A model generated the notes under the pieces. The model made no database searches, was not told the DNA's origin, and saw only the letters and a program-made list of their open reading frames with translations. Below, piece by piece: positions 20,714-31,407 of a stretch of 64,000 nucleotides of DNA. Made by a program: the position numbers and the translations under genes. The DNA is from Vulcanisaeta sp. AZ3 (lineage in GTDB: Archaea; Thermoproteota; Thermoprotei; Thermoproteales; Thermocladiaceae), in contig JZWU02000001.1 in NCBI GenBank assembly GCA_000960865.2, positions 1-64,000 on the forward strand, written 5' to 3'. The first letter of the stretch is position 1, and each line of letters starts with the position of its first letter.

Positions 20714-21520
20714 GTGTCTCAACAGATCGGTGCATCACCAGCCGTAACCACTACGGAGAAAGTCGTAATTGGCAAACCACCCCTCGGTGCACCAATAAGA
20801 CGAACATACACATTCAAGGTTAGGAGGTATGATCCAGAAAGAAGGACATATTATTGGAAGGAATATAAAGTGGAACTCACAAATCATGAGACAGTACTTG
20901 ACGGCCTATTAAAGATAAAGGCAAATCAAGACGCAACACTATCCTTCAGATATAGTTGTAGAATGGGTATATGTGGCTCATGCGGTATGATAATAAACGG
21001 AACACCAAGACTCGCATGCGAAACAAAACCCTACGATTTAGGCACCGAAGTCGTCACAATAGAACCACTGAGTAATTTTGAACCAATTAAGGACGTCGCC
21101 GCAAACTTCTTAGATTTCTTCGAGAAGCATAGGTCAGTTAAACCCTGGTTAATAAGGATGGATGAGGTAGAGCAATTCGAGAAGCCTAAGTCATATTACC
21201 TACAGACGGAGGATCAACTCATCGAATACTTAGAATTCTCATACTGCATTAAGTGCGGACTCTGCTACTCCGCATGTCCCATGGTATTCCTAAACAAGGA
21301 TTACCTGGGGCCGCAGGCCCTTGCTCAGGCATATAGGTGGAGCGCGGATAATAGGGATGAAGGCGCTACACTTAGGTTAAAGATTGTGGATAACGAGAAT
21401 GGGATTTGGTCCTGCCACTACAGCGGAACCTGTAGTAAGGTTTGTCCAAAGGATGTCGATCCAGCCCTGGCCATAAACCTATTAAAGCATTGGTTACTAT
21501 ATGGTAAACAAAAGAGGTGA
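20714..21520 (+). CDS. sdhB: Succinate dehydrogenase/fumarate reductase Fe-S subunit
   Basis: SCRMGICGSC, CIKCGLCYSACP, CHYSGTCSKVCP. Confidence 0.95.
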   Translation: MSQQIGASPAVTTTEKVVIGKPPLGAPIRRTYTFKVRRYDPERRTYYWKEYKVELTNHETVLDGLLKIKANQDATLSFRYSCRMGICGSCGMIINGTPRLACETKPYDLGTEVVTIEPLSNFEPIKDVAANFLDFFEKHRSVKPWLIRMDEVEQFEKPKSYYLQTEDQLIEYLEFSYCIKCGLCYSACPMVFLNKDYLGPQALAQAYRWSADNRDEGATLRLKIVDNENGIWSCHYSGTCSKVCPKDVDPALAINLLKHWLLYGKQKR

Positions 21521-22002
21521 TGGATATGGCAAAGCAAGAAACCAAGAAAGTAGTAAGGACCTCACCTAAATGGTCTCTCTGGTTCAGGGGTCTTGATGAA
21601 TGGTTATTAATATTCCAGAAGGTTAGTGGTGCAATACTCGTAATATACCTAATAGGGCACACGCTCGTAATATCAACAGCGTTCAACCTGGGACACCCAA
21701 CACCACTTACTTGGAACGCAATCATAGGCATGGTTGAGGGACCTGTGGTTTACGGCCATGTTCATGTTGGCACAATAATCGAGTACCTAATAGCACTATT
21801 GGCCGCTGTACACGGAGCCAATGGATTCAGATTAATACTGACGCAGTACTTCGGCATTGGACTTCCAAGACCTGGGAGGCATGCCTTTCCAAGGGCAGTG
21901 CCGTCAGTTAAGAAGGCCAGCCAGGAGTCGCTGAAGTACATAGCTATAATCGTAATTTTAATATTCCTAATACTGGCAACACTCGTAGCCTTCATATGGT
22001 GA
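21517..22002 (+). CDS. sdhC: Succinate dehydrogenase cytochrome b subunit C
   Basis: Three TM helices, QKVSG..H, HGANGFRLIL; follows sdhB. Confidence 0.85.
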   Translation: MMDMAKQETKKVVRTSPKWSLWFRGLDEWLLIFQKVSGAILVIYLIGHTLVISTAFNLGHPTPLTWNAIIGMVEGPVVYGHVHVGTIIEYLIALLAAVHGANGFRLILTQYFGIGLPRPGRHAFPRAVPSVKKASQESLKYIAIIVILIFLILATLVAFIW

Positions 22003-22361
22003 TGAGCATGGTGAGCGCCTCCACATTAAGAAAGATCCAATATCTCCTTGGCATAGTACTAATTGTTGTGCTTGGGATACACTTAGCCTTTAGGTGGCCG
22101 AGTTATGAACAGTCAATAACCTACACAGCCGCTATAAGCCATATACAGGCTTGGGACTTCGTCTACGCCGCTGTACTCTATATATTACTATACGCAGCCC
22201 TAACCCACGGCTTAATAGGATTTAGGACATTACTCCTTGAGTTATGGCATTGGAGGTATGCGAGAATCACGGTTGATGCTATTCTAATAATTGTGGGCGT
22301 TGCAGTGGCTGTAATAGGTACAATAGCACTGACAGGGGTAATACTAACCCTCATCCACTGA
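21996..22361 (+). CDS. sdhD: Succinate dehydrogenase membrane anchor subunit D
   Basis: Three TM helices, IH, HGLIGFRTLL. Confidence 0.82.
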   Translation: MVMSMVSASTLRKIQYLLGIVLIVVLGIHLAFRWPSYEQSITYTAAISHIQAWDFVYAAVLYILLYAALTHGLIGFRTLLLELWHWRYARITVDAILIIVGVAVAVIGTIALTGVILTLIH

Positions 22362-23540
22362 GAACTGTTCAGGCTCCCAATAATTCAAAATTTCCCTAAA
22401 GGAATTCACATCAACATCCTTAATGGCCATTAATTCAGCCGCAGCTGCTATTATGGCTGATACCAACGATAACGCATCCCTCCTAGTCAGATAACCCATA
22501 TTACCAATTCTAAACGCCTTACCCTTAATGTCATCCATAGCATCAGAAATAGAAACACCAAGCCTATAAACAATACTCCTAAACCTGGCCGAATCAACAC
22601 CCTGCGGATATTTAAAGGATAATACAGTACTTGATCTATAATAATCATTCTCAATAAAAGTTTCGAAGCCAGCCCTCCTTAAGGCATTAATTATTGCCCT
22701 ACCTCTCTCAATATGCCACCTAATCCAATTCTCAAGACCAACCTCCCTAATAATACTCAGAGCCTCCCTAATTGCGAATAGATAATTGACCGAGGGAGTG
22801 AAGGGAGTTTCGAACTTTTCGCCAAACTTCCGAATTAAATTAATATCAAAGTAAATACTCGGATGACTAATTGACTCTGCCTTCCTATATGCTTCACTAG
22901 TAGCCACAGTTATGAAGGACATAACTGGCGGTGACGCCAAACACTTCTGACTACTTGAAACAGCCACATCAATCCCCCAAGAATCAACCTCAAAATAATC
23001 ACCACCAAGCGCTGATACATTATCCACAAGAACGAGAGCTCCATAGGACTTAACCCAATCAACCACCTTAGGTAAGTCCCTAAAGGCAAGCCCTGGGCTT
23101 GTATCGTTATATACTGTGGCAAACACATCAATCTTCTTAATCCCCATACCCTCAACCTTAGCCTTTAAATCCTCGTAAGTTGGTGCCTTATCCCATCCAT
23201 AATTAACCTCAATAACCTCAGCACCAACCCTCCTAAGATGATTAACAAGCCTCCTACTAAAGCTTCCGAAGACAGGCACAAGCACAGTATCCCTAGGCCT
23301 AACGAAGTTCAAAACCATAGCCTCCACAGCACCCGTCCCACTAGCCGTTAATGGATACACATCACCATTTGTCCTAAACACATAACGTAAGCCCTCAACC
23401 ACATCCCTATATAATCTATGGAAATGCGGTGACCTATGATCAACTACTCTCATTAATGCCCTCATAACCCTGGGCGGTATTTGAGAAGGCCCAGGTACAG
23501 CAAGCAAGGGGTCTGGCGCTAAGTCTAGGTTCACAGTCAT
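22344..23540 (-). CDS. Class V aminotransferase (serine-pyruvate/alanine-glyoxylate type)
   Basis: VPGP, HRS, SGTGAVEA, VDNVS, SSQKCLASPP, TPFTP, FRIGNMG. Confidence 0.92.
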   Translation of the reverse strand: MTVNLDLAPDPLLAVPGPSQIPPRVMRALMRVVDHRSPHFHRLYRDVVEGLRYVFRTNGDVYPLTASGTGAVEAMVLNFVRPRDTVLVPVFGSFSRRLVNHLRRVGAEVIEVNYGWDKAPTYEDLKAKVEGMGIKKIDVFATVYNDTSPGLAFRDLPKVVDWVKSYGALVLVDNVSALGGDYFEVDSWGIDVAVSSSQKCLASPPVMSFITVATSEAYRKAESISHPSIYFDINLIRKFGEKFETPFTPSVNYLFAIREALSIIREVGLENWIRWHIERGRAIINALRRAGFETFIENDYYRSSTVLSFKYPQGVDSARFRSIVYRLGVSISDAMDDIKGKAFRIGNMGYLTRRDALSLVSAIIAAAAELMAIKDVDVNSFREILNYWEPEQFSVDEG

Positions 23541-23668
23541 TCCCTTAATTAATTGCCTTTAAAGTTTTATTAGCCAATTATATAATCTAATTATCTGAAG
23601 AAACTCAATTAACATTGTGAGTGTTCACGGGGACTCAACCTTAATTAAGAAGTAGGTTAGACCGTGTT

Positions 23669-24706
23669 GTGTTAATAACGAAAATAAACATTAGGGGCTT
23701 CAACGGGATTAACATAAACCTCGATCTAGGTCCCCTCACAATAATTACAGGTCCCCCCGGCTCAGGCAAATCCCTAGTGCTAGAATTACTGTGGAGAGTG
23801 TTTAAGGGGATTAATGATAAGGTTTCCCTTGATGGTTTCCCAAGGGATTTAGATGCTAAGATTGAGGTTACCATATCACTCGATAATTGGGTTAAGAGAA
23901 AACTTGAGGAGGCTGGTTACCAGGGCGATACCGCAACCATCAGCGTAGGCTTTAATGGAAATACCTATGTGCAGGTGATTAGGATTGGTGATAAAGAGGT
24001 TCTAGTGAGCGAGTATGCGGGTGGCCGTAGTAGAGTTAAGTATCCCCTCGATGTGGAGGTTGCAGATTCATCATTATTATTAAACCCAGATGGATTAACC
24101 CCCCAGGGTCAGGCTCTACAACTAATTAGTAGTGCCTCTGAGGATTATGAGACCACCCTCACCGTGGTCAAGGCATTAAGGGATTACCTAACCTCAGTAG
24201 GTGTGTATAGAGTTGGCCCATACATAGACTTTAGATCCCAAGACCAGGGTATTGAGACCCAGCAAGGGGATTTCATCGGAACTCATGGTGAGTATATCGT
24301 GAGCATCCTATCTCAATTATTTACAGACCCCAGGAGGGATTCGGAGACTAGGTTTTTGAGAAGATTATTGGGTGAATTGGGGTTTAGGAATTTTAGGGCT
24401 GGTTGGTATGGCGGTAAATTAGTTATTTCCTACATAGATAAGAGGGGGATTGCGCACATTGGTGATGAGCTGCCCTGTCATGCGAAGACAATACTAGCCA
24501 TAACAACCCAGGTCATGATTTCAAAAAGACCCTCAATACTCATCTTTGAGAATTCAGACTACTGCCTCAGTGAGGGTCTAGGGCAGGTAATAACTAAGGT
24601 ATTGAGTAGTTACGTCGATGGCAAACAAATCATTATGGAGGCTAGGAATAGGTGGCTCATTGATGAATTGAAGATGCCCCACGTAGTCCTCTACAGCATG
24701 AGCTAA
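23669..24706 (+). CDS. ABC/AAA_15-like ATPase with degenerate C-terminal motifs
   Basis: INIRGFNG, ITGPPGSGKS Walker A; Walker B region reads ILIFENSD. Confidence 0.7.
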   Translation: MLITKINIRGFNGININLDLGPLTIITGPPGSGKSLVLELLWRVFKGINDKVSLDGFPRDLDAKIEVTISLDNWVKRKLEEAGYQGDTATISVGFNGNTYVQVIRIGDKEVLVSEYAGGRSRVKYPLDVEVADSSLLLNPDGLTPQGQALQLISSASEDYETTLTVVKALRDYLTSVGVYRVGPYIDFRSQDQGIETQQGDFIGTHGEYIVSILSQLFTDPRRDSETRFLRRLLGELGFRNFRAGWYGGKLVISYIDKRGIAHIGDELPCHAKTILAITTQVMISKRPSILIFENSDYCLSEGLGQVITKVLSSYVDGKQIIMEARNRWLIDELKMPHVVLYSMS

Positions 24707-25128
24707 CACTCAATGCCAGCCAATTTAATCAACTCCTTAAGCAATTCCTTAATCCTACTCTTATCAGCCTCACTAATCTTATCCCAATTATCAAGTATAT
24801 ACCTTGATAGAGACATAAAATCATTCACAGTCTCCGCAATCCTATCAACACTCGGCAAGCCTAGAAAGGCCTTACCACTCTCCGTAATTTCATAATACTT
24901 CTTCGTACTCTCAACCCTAGAAATCTTAATCAAACCATCAGACTCAAGCTCCTCCAACGCTGGGTATATCGAGCCAGGGCTTGGCCTCCAGAAACCCATG
25001 CTCAATCTCTCAATCTCATCAATAATCTGAGCCCCAGTCATAGGCCCCCTACTACTCAATAAATACAGTATTAAGTACTTCAAACCCCTCCTTTTTATAA
25101 ACCATTGAGGTGGCGGTCCATGATGCAT
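24703..25128 (-). CDS. PadR-family transcriptional regulator
   Basis: WRPSPGSIYPALEELE, KKYYEITESG. Confidence 0.92.
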   Translation of the reverse strand: MHHGPPPQWFIKRRGLKYLILYLLSSRGPMTGAQIIDEIERLSMGFWRPSPGSIYPALEELESDGLIKISRVESTKKYYEITESGKAFLGLPSVDRIAETVNDFMSLSRYILDNWDKISEADKSRIKELLKELIKLAGIEC

Positions 25129-25236
25129 CCAATTATCGGAATCAATAATCAGAGAATCTTATAAATTTAACTCATTACTTCATGTATAACAATATTTACT
25201 CTTAGTTATACTTAATAATGCAGGTAACGATTAAAG

Positions 25237-26274
25237 ATGAATGAAGACATGAATACCCGCGGTCATGGCGGGTTTGGATGGAAACATGGATTAATTGACT
25301 TAAGCTCAAACATAAACCCACTAGGGCCTCCAGGAGAACTCATGGAACTAATAAAAGAAGCCACTGAACAAGCGCAATACACGCATTACCCAACAGAGTT
25401 AGGTAATGATTTAAGGGAAGGATTGGCAAAGTATGAGGGAGTTGATTCAAGCCTTACTTACGTATTTAATGGAGCCACTGAAGCCCTACAACTCCTAATA
25501 ATGTACCTGAGACCAAGGCGCATAGTAATGCCTATACCGAACTACAGTGATTATGGGCGTATTGCCAAACTAATGAATATAGAGCTAACCACACTAGAGT
25601 ATTGGGGTTCTGGTGATTTAGTCGAGAAAATTCACAACAAATTAGTGCGAGGTGCCATGGTTATTATATCAAACTCAAACTCACCCATGGGCTACCTAAT
25701 CCAACGTAATGAACTACTTGAGATGGCTGAAGAGTTAGTTAGGTATGATGGTTTGCTGCTTGTTGATGAGTCGTTCATGGACTTCGTTAAGGATGAACAA
25801 TCATTAATTAAGGATATTGACCAGCACGAGAATATAATAGTCGTGAAATCCTACACGAAATTCCTAGCAATACCAGGGCTCAGGGTTGGCGCTGCCTATA
25901 GTAAGATAGATATTGAGGATCTAGTGCCCACGTGGCCCATTAACTCAATAGCCGAATACGCAGTATCTAAGTATATGAAACATGCCGCTGAGTTTAGGAA
26001 GAATACGATAACCTTCATCAATACCGAAAGAAACAAGGTACTGAGAACCTTAGAGGACCTAGGCATTAATTACTACCCCTCAGTCACTCATTACTTCGTT
26101 ATTAAGCACGAACCATGGCTCAACGATGAATTAATGAAGAGGGGCTTCTTAATAAGGGAGCTCTCTAACATACCACCCCTAACCAAGGGGTACTTCAGGT
26201 TTAGCCTTAGGGAGTCTAACATTAATGATGCTTTCCTCAATGCCCTACGAGAAACAACACTTATTAAAAAGTGA
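25237..26274 (+). CDS. Threonine-phosphate decarboxylase CobD / HisC-like PLP enzyme
   Basis: HGG..DLSSNINPLGP, NGATE, VDESFMDF, SYTKFLAIPGLRVG. Confidence 0.82.
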   Translation: MNEDMNTRGHGGFGWKHGLIDLSSNINPLGPPGELMELIKEATEQAQYTHYPTELGNDLREGLAKYEGVDSSLTYVFNGATEALQLLIMYLRPRRIVMPIPNYSDYGRIAKLMNIELTTLEYWGSGDLVEKIHNKLVRGAMVIISNSNSPMGYLIQRNELLEMAEELVRYDGLLLVDESFMDFVKDEQSLIKDIDQHENIIVVKSYTKFLAIPGLRVGAAYSKIDIEDLVPTWPINSIAEYAVSKYMKHAAEFRKNTITFINTERNKVLRTLEDLGINYYPSVTHYFVIKHEPWLNDELMKRGFLIRELSNIPPLTKGYFRFSLRESNINDAFLNALRETTLIKK

Positions 26275-26291
26275 GGGAGATCAAGTAATGA

Positions 26292-27554
26292 ATGAGTTCA
26301 GAACTGAGAGATGCACTGCCTGAATTAACGTCGAGACTCATAAAAATACCAAGCGTTAACCCACCAGGTCTCACCATAAATGTAGCAGGCTTCATCAGGG
26401 ACTGGCTCAATTCCCAAGGACTCACTAGCGAGGTTAGGGAATACGTCAAGGACAAACCAAACATAATAGCCAAAGTTGGCAAAGGCAAACCAACATTAAT
26501 ACTAAACGGGCACATGGACGTAGTACCCCCAGGAGACGAGACCAAATGGACCCACCCACCATTTTCAGGAAAGATAATCGAAGATAAAGTATATGGGAGA
26601 GGCGCAACAGACATGAAGGGTGGATTAGCAGTAATAATGACAGTATTCGCAGAACTAGCCCCAATAATCGAGAAGACAGGCTCCGGAACTCTAATCTTCT
26701 CAGCAACAGTTGATGAAGAGACTGGCGGTCACGCAGGAGTAGAGGCCTTAGTTAAGGATGGAATCCTGAGCGGTGACGCAGCCATAATTGCCGAACCCTC
26801 AGGCTCCACTAGATACTACATTGGTGAGAAGGGGCTTTGCCAAATTAAGCTTATAGCCAGAGGCAGACCTGCCCATGGTAGCCTACCAATACTTGGTGAT
26901 AACGCGATAATGAAACTCACAAGGGCAATTGAGAAGGCAGAATCCCTAATCAAGGAATTCAATAGAACAATTAAGATACCCAATGATTTAACAGAAGCCG
27001 TTAAGAATTCAGCAGAGGTTTATCTAGAAGTCACAAAGTCCATGGGACTTAACGCAGCATTAAATGATATTGAGACCATGATAACCACAACCACCTTCAA
27101 TCCCGGAGTCATTAGAGGCGGTTCCAAAGTAAATGTTGTGCCGGACTATGCAGAACTCGAGCTCGACATGAGAGTACCACCCGGCGTCTCACCCAACCAA
27201 GTCATTGATTACTTAAAGAGGGGATTAGAGGGACTCGTAGATGTTGATATTATTGACACCAGCGAACCCAATTACACAAATCCCAGCGAAGCAATTACTA
27301 GGTTAGTCCATGAAGGCATTGAGAGAATACTTAACGAATCCCCAAGACCAATAATAGTCACTGGGGCAACCGATGGTAGGTACTTGAGGGATAGGGGAGT
27401 ACCTACGGTTGTGTATGGACCTGGTGAATTAGCACTTGCCCATGCCTATGATGAGTACGTAACCATTAATGACCTGCTCAAGGCTCATGATGTCATGATC
27501 TACGTAATTAAGAAATTCTTCAACATTGGATTAGAAGCGAAATTGTTAATTTAG
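26292..27554 (+). CDS. M20 family ArgE/DapE-like deacylase
   Basis: NGHMDVVP, GRGATDMKGG, DEETGG, AEP, GATDGR, AHAYDE. Confidence 0.92.
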   Translation: MSSELRDALPELTSRLIKIPSVNPPGLTINVAGFIRDWLNSQGLTSEVREYVKDKPNIIAKVGKGKPTLILNGHMDVVPPGDETKWTHPPFSGKIIEDKVYGRGATDMKGGLAVIMTVFAELAPIIEKTGSGTLIFSATVDEETGGHAGVEALVKDGILSGDAAIIAEPSGSTRYYIGEKGLCQIKLIARGRPAHGSLPILGDNAIMKLTRAIEKAESLIKEFNRTIKIPNDLTEAVKNSAEVYLEVTKSMGLNAALNDIETMITTTTFNPGVIRGGSKVNVVPDYAELELDMRVPPGVSPNQVIDYLKRGLEGLVDVDIIDTSEPNYTNPSEAITRLVHEGIERILNESPRPIIVTGATDGRYLRDRGVPTVVYGPGELALAHAYDEYVTINDLLKAHDVMIYVIKKFFNIGLEAKLLI

Positions 27555-27575
27555 AGCTATTACTCTTAAACTTTA

Positions 27576-28298
27576 ATGCCAACCAAGTTCCTCTACTGGT
27601 GGGATTCATATAAAAAGGAGTTTGATGCCGTAGTTACTAGAATTGATGGCAATAGAGTTTGGCTTGATCAAACACTATTTCACCCAAAGAGCGGTGGTGT
27701 AGCAAACGACACAGGCAAGTTAATCTGGCAAGGCGATGAATACTTAGTCAGGGAGGTAATTAAGGAAGGAGAAGATGCAATCCACATACTTGATAGAGAA
27801 CCAAGGTTTAAAGTCGGCGATGCAATCCACGGAGTAATCGATTGGGACAGGAGGTATAGACTAATGAGACTACACACAGCAACCCACATAATAGCAGCCC
27901 TAGCCTACAAGAAATACAACACCCTAGTCACCGGCGGAGAAATAACGCCTGAATACGCAAGAGACGACTACAACCTAAACTTAAGCGGTGAAGCTCTAAG
28001 AAACGCATTCCAAGAATTAATTAAGGAAGCCAATGAAGCTGCAAGCACTGGTGTACCTGTAAAGATATACTTCCTAAAGAGAGAAGAAGCGCTAAAAATA
28101 CCAGGCATAGTAAAGCTAGCAGAGAAAGAACCACCACCAGGTGAAGAATGGAGAATTGTGGAGATTGAGGGAATTGATGTGCAGGCTGACGGTGGACCAC
28201 ACGTAGCAAATACTAGAGAGATTGGAGAGATAGTATTCATGAAGAGTGAGAGTAGAGGTAAGGATAAGAAGAGAGTTTACTATACCGTAAAACCATAG
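27576..28298 (+). CDS. alaXM: Freestanding alanyl-tRNA editing protein AlaX-M
   Basis: LDQTLFHPKSGG..DTG, RLMRLHTATH, QADGGPHV. Confidence 0.9.
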   Translation: MPTKFLYWWDSYKKEFDAVVTRIDGNRVWLDQTLFHPKSGGVANDTGKLIWQGDEYLVREVIKEGEDAIHILDREPRFKVGDAIHGVIDWDRRYRLMRLHTATHIIAALAYKKYNTLVTGGEITPEYARDDYNLNLSGEALRNAFQELIKEANEAASTGVPVKIYFLKREEALKIPGIVKLAEKEPPPGEEWRIVEIEGIDVQADGGPHVANTREIGEIVFMKSESRGKDKKRVYYTVKP

Positions 28299-28387
28299 GT
28301 ATCATTATAAACTATCCAAGAGGAATAGATAAATGATTATTGAGAATAGCATAAAGCCTTAAAGATGCCAAAGTAATAGGCTTAGCA

Positions 28388-28969
28388 ATGCAGAGTAATA
28401 ATATTGGAAGAATGCTCAAGATTAGTGGTATTGGCGGCTTTATACTTAATGCCATTGCAACATTAGTACTGTATATATACATACTAATGCCAATTATACT
28501 ACAGGAGACCGAGACTCGATTAAGGAGTATGGGAATACCAGTACAACAAGTACGGCCTGAACTATCAATCATATCGTCCGTGACTGAAGTAGTAGTGCCA
28601 ATAACAATGCTCATAATATGGCTTATACAATCCGCAATCCTCTACGGACTATTTTGGGCATTCAAAATACGTCCTAGCTTTACAAATACCTGGCTAGTAA
28701 GTGGTAATTATTACTACATAGCCACAATATCCACAGCAATAACAGGCTTTTACTTAACAACCCTTATCCCCCACATAACATCACCCTACACGCCACAACT
28801 CCTAATAATAGATCTAGCCTTCCTAATAATAGGCTCAATATTCCTCGCCTATTTATTCTCGAAAGTATATAACACACCATTTATTAAAGCATTCATACCC
28901 ACACTAATATCCCTAACAATACTATTCATAATAACAACACTACCATCACTACACACGCTTCAATACTAA
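28388..28969 (+). CDS. Hypothetical multi-pass membrane protein (Yip1-like topology)
   Basis: About 5 hydrophobic segments; next to the ABC module. Confidence 0.65.
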   Translation: MQSNNIGRMLKISGIGGFILNAIATLVLYIYILMPIILQETETRLRSMGIPVQQVRPELSIISSVTEVVVPITMLIIWLIQSAILYGLFWAFKIRPSFTNTWLVSGNYYYIATISTAITGFYLTTLIPHITSPYTPQLLIIDLAFLIIGSIFLAYLFSKVYNTPFIKAFIPTLISLTILFIITTLPSLHTLQY

Positions 28970-28999
28970 GAATAATCAAACATTACTAAAAGGATTGGG

Positions 29000-29728
29000 T
29001 CAATGAGCTATGCTCATTAACTCCTGAATTAACTTACTAACACCCTCCCTATCCTTAGGCACTTCATAAGTCGTTAAAATCCTCCCATCACTTATCCTCG
29101 AAACTCTATGACAATTACCAATAAGCTCTAAATTATGCGTAACCATAACTATCGTAATACCCAACTCACCATTCAAACTCCTAAATATGTCCATAATTAC
29201 GCCTGCAGCTTTTGTATCTAAATTACCAGTAGGTTCATCAGCAAGCAAGAGCTTCGGCCTAGCCACTATCGCCCTAGCAATAGCAACCCTCTGCTGCTCA
29301 CCACCACTCAATTCACTAGGCCTCCTACCAGCCTTATCCCTAAGCCCAACCATCTCTAAAGCCTCAAGGGCCAACTTTTTACGAGCACTTGGATCAACAC
29401 CTCTAGCTATTAATGGTAACTCCACATTCTCCAGCACGCTCATCCTAGGTATTAGATAATATAGTTGAAAGACAAAGCCCACATACTCATTCCTATACCT
29501 ATCAAGCTCAGCCTCACCAAGCCTATGTAACTCATAGGGACCAACCCTAAGGTAACCCCCACTAACCCTATCAAGACCACCAATAAGACTTAACAACGTA
29601 GTCTTACCACTACCACTAGGCCCAATTATGCAGTGAAACTCACCCTCATTAGCCATCAAGTCCACACCCCTCAAGGCTGGGTAATCACCGTAGTACTTCC
29701 AAACATCCTTAAGCTCTATGAATGCCAT
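29000..29728 (-). CDS. ABC transporter ATP-binding protein (LolD/MacB-type)
   Basis: GPSGSGKT, LSGGEQQRVAIAR, LADEPTGNLD, VTH. Confidence 0.95.
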   Translation of the reverse strand: MAFIELKDVWKYYGDYPALRGVDLMANEGEFHCIIGPSGSGKTTLLSLIGGLDRVSGGYLRVGPYELHRLGEAELDRYRNEYVGFVFQLYYLIPRMSVLENVELPLIARGVDPSARKKLALEALEMVGLRDKAGRRPSELSGGEQQRVAIARAIVARPKLLLADEPTGNLDTKAAGVIMDIFRSLNGELGITIVMVTHNLELIGNCHRVSRISDGRILTTYEVPKDREGVSKLIQELMSIAH

Positions 29729-29778
29729 GCATATGAAGGTGCGTAAGACTTATATTTAATGCTTACTCTCGATTTTCT

Positions 29779-31407
29779 GTGATTTCAATATCGGATAAAG
29801 TAGCAACGAAACTAGCGACTAAGGGATTAATAGTCGTGGCAGTAATCCTCCTAGGGCTTGCCCTAACAATTACCGCCCAATCAAACACGCCACCCCCATT
29901 CTCAGTAATTAGCATAACAGCAACACCAACACCAACCTCGCCAGGAGTATCTAAAGTATCAATAACATTACTATACACAGGAGGTACCTACCTCTACGGC
30001 ACAAACTTCCAATTAATACCCTGCCCAGGAACAACAATACCAATAAACGTCATATCAACAGATCCAGTTTACGTCGGTTGGATAACGCCAAACCAACAAA
30101 TCACAATAACATACCTGATAAACACCACAGTACCACTAAACTGCCAATCAACCCTAGAAATAACCTGGAACGCCCAATACCAACAATCACCCAGAGCCCA
30201 AGAGATTACATACATACAAGTAGCTGGGTCAGGCTCAACAAGCATGAACCTACCATTAACAATTTATGGCGAACCAATAATAACACTAACCACAAACGCA
30301 ACCTATGTAATCAGCAACCTAGCAAACCCACTAAAACTAATAATCAAAAACAACGGCAGCGGCCCACTCTATAACGCCCAAATCAGCGTATCAGTTCAAG
30401 GAGCTACAATAATACCCAGCATGAGCTCAATAAGTATTGGCACATTAAATCCAGGTTCGGAATATGTAGACGTAATTTACATAACACCAACAGGCAGCGG
30501 TCCTATATCATTAACAGTCACATACAGCGGTATTGACCAAGGAGGCAACGTAGTGAGCAATTCATACATGGAATCCCTAAGTGTAGTACCAGCATCCCCA
30601 AGCCAAGTCATTGTTTATCCAGTCAATTCCTCATTAAACGTTGGTTTTGGCAAATTAATACTTGGCGTTAGAAATGTTAACCCAGTGCCTATATACAACG
30701 TAACCCTGGTAATACAGTCAACCAACGGATTAGCACTAGTACGAAATGCAACATATAACATACCCGAGGTAGGACCAGGCAATACATACTACCTAGAAAT
30801 ACCCATTGTAGTACCAATAACATCAAACTCAGCCCAACTAACCTACACACTCACATACCAATACGTAAATGGCTACCCAGAGAGCTTAGGAGGCTCATTA
30901 ACAATGGGTATCTTAAATATTCCAAGCATATTGATTACGGGCTATACTGCAGCACCATCAATAGTTACCGTGGGCTCCACAACCACAGTATCAATAACCT
31001 TCACAAATACAGGAGCGACGCCAGCATATAACTTGAATGTGACTGCAATACCAGGACCTGGACTAACTATCATCAGCCAACCAAGCACATACCTAGGCAT
31101 CTTGAACCCACAACAATTAAGTGCCGCTGCCTTCAGCTTCATGGCTACCAAGCCCATTAACACTACAGTCACATTTCTAATAACGTATACGGATCAATTT
31201 GGGCAAATGCACAGCGTTTATTATACTGTGCCATTGAGCATTTCAAGAAATACAACACTGCCTTCAGTAACTCCTCATAGTGCAGGTTACCATTATAATT
31301 CTTACCATAGTGCTGTGTTTTTATTCATAGCGTTATTGGTAATCGCCATAGTTGTAGTAATAATCATTGTAATACTTACTACGCGTCGCAGTAAGGTGAA
31401 AGAATGA
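29779..31407 (+). CDS. Secreted, C-terminally anchored Ig-like/S-layer-domain protein (COG1361-like)
   Basis: Signal helix, repeated NxGxxPxYN beta modules, YTDQFG, C-terminal TM plus RRSK. Confidence 0.8.
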   Translation: MISISDKVATKLATKGLIVVAVILLGLALTITAQSNTPPPFSVISITATPTPTSPGVSKVSITLLYTGGTYLYGTNFQLIPCPGTTIPINVISTDPVYVGWITPNQQITITYLINTTVPLNCQSTLEITWNAQYQQSPRAQEITYIQVAGSGSTSMNLPLTIYGEPIITLTTNATYVISNLANPLKLIIKNNGSGPLYNAQISVSVQGATIIPSMSSISIGTLNPGSEYVDVIYITPTGSGPISLTVTYSGIDQGGNVVSNSYMESLSVVPASPSQVIVYPVNSSLNVGFGKLILGVRNVNPVPIYNVTLVIQSTNGLALVRNATYNIPEVGPGNTYYLEIPIVVPITSNSAQLTYTLTYQYVNGYPESLGGSLTMGILNIPSILITGYTAAPSIVTVGSTTTVSITFTNTGATPAYNLNVTAIPGPGLTIISQPSTYLGILNPQQLSAAAFSFMATKPINTTVTFLITYTDQFGQMHSVYYTVPLSISRNTTLPSVTPHSAGYHYNSYHSAVFLFIALLVIAIVVVIIIVILTTRRSKVKE

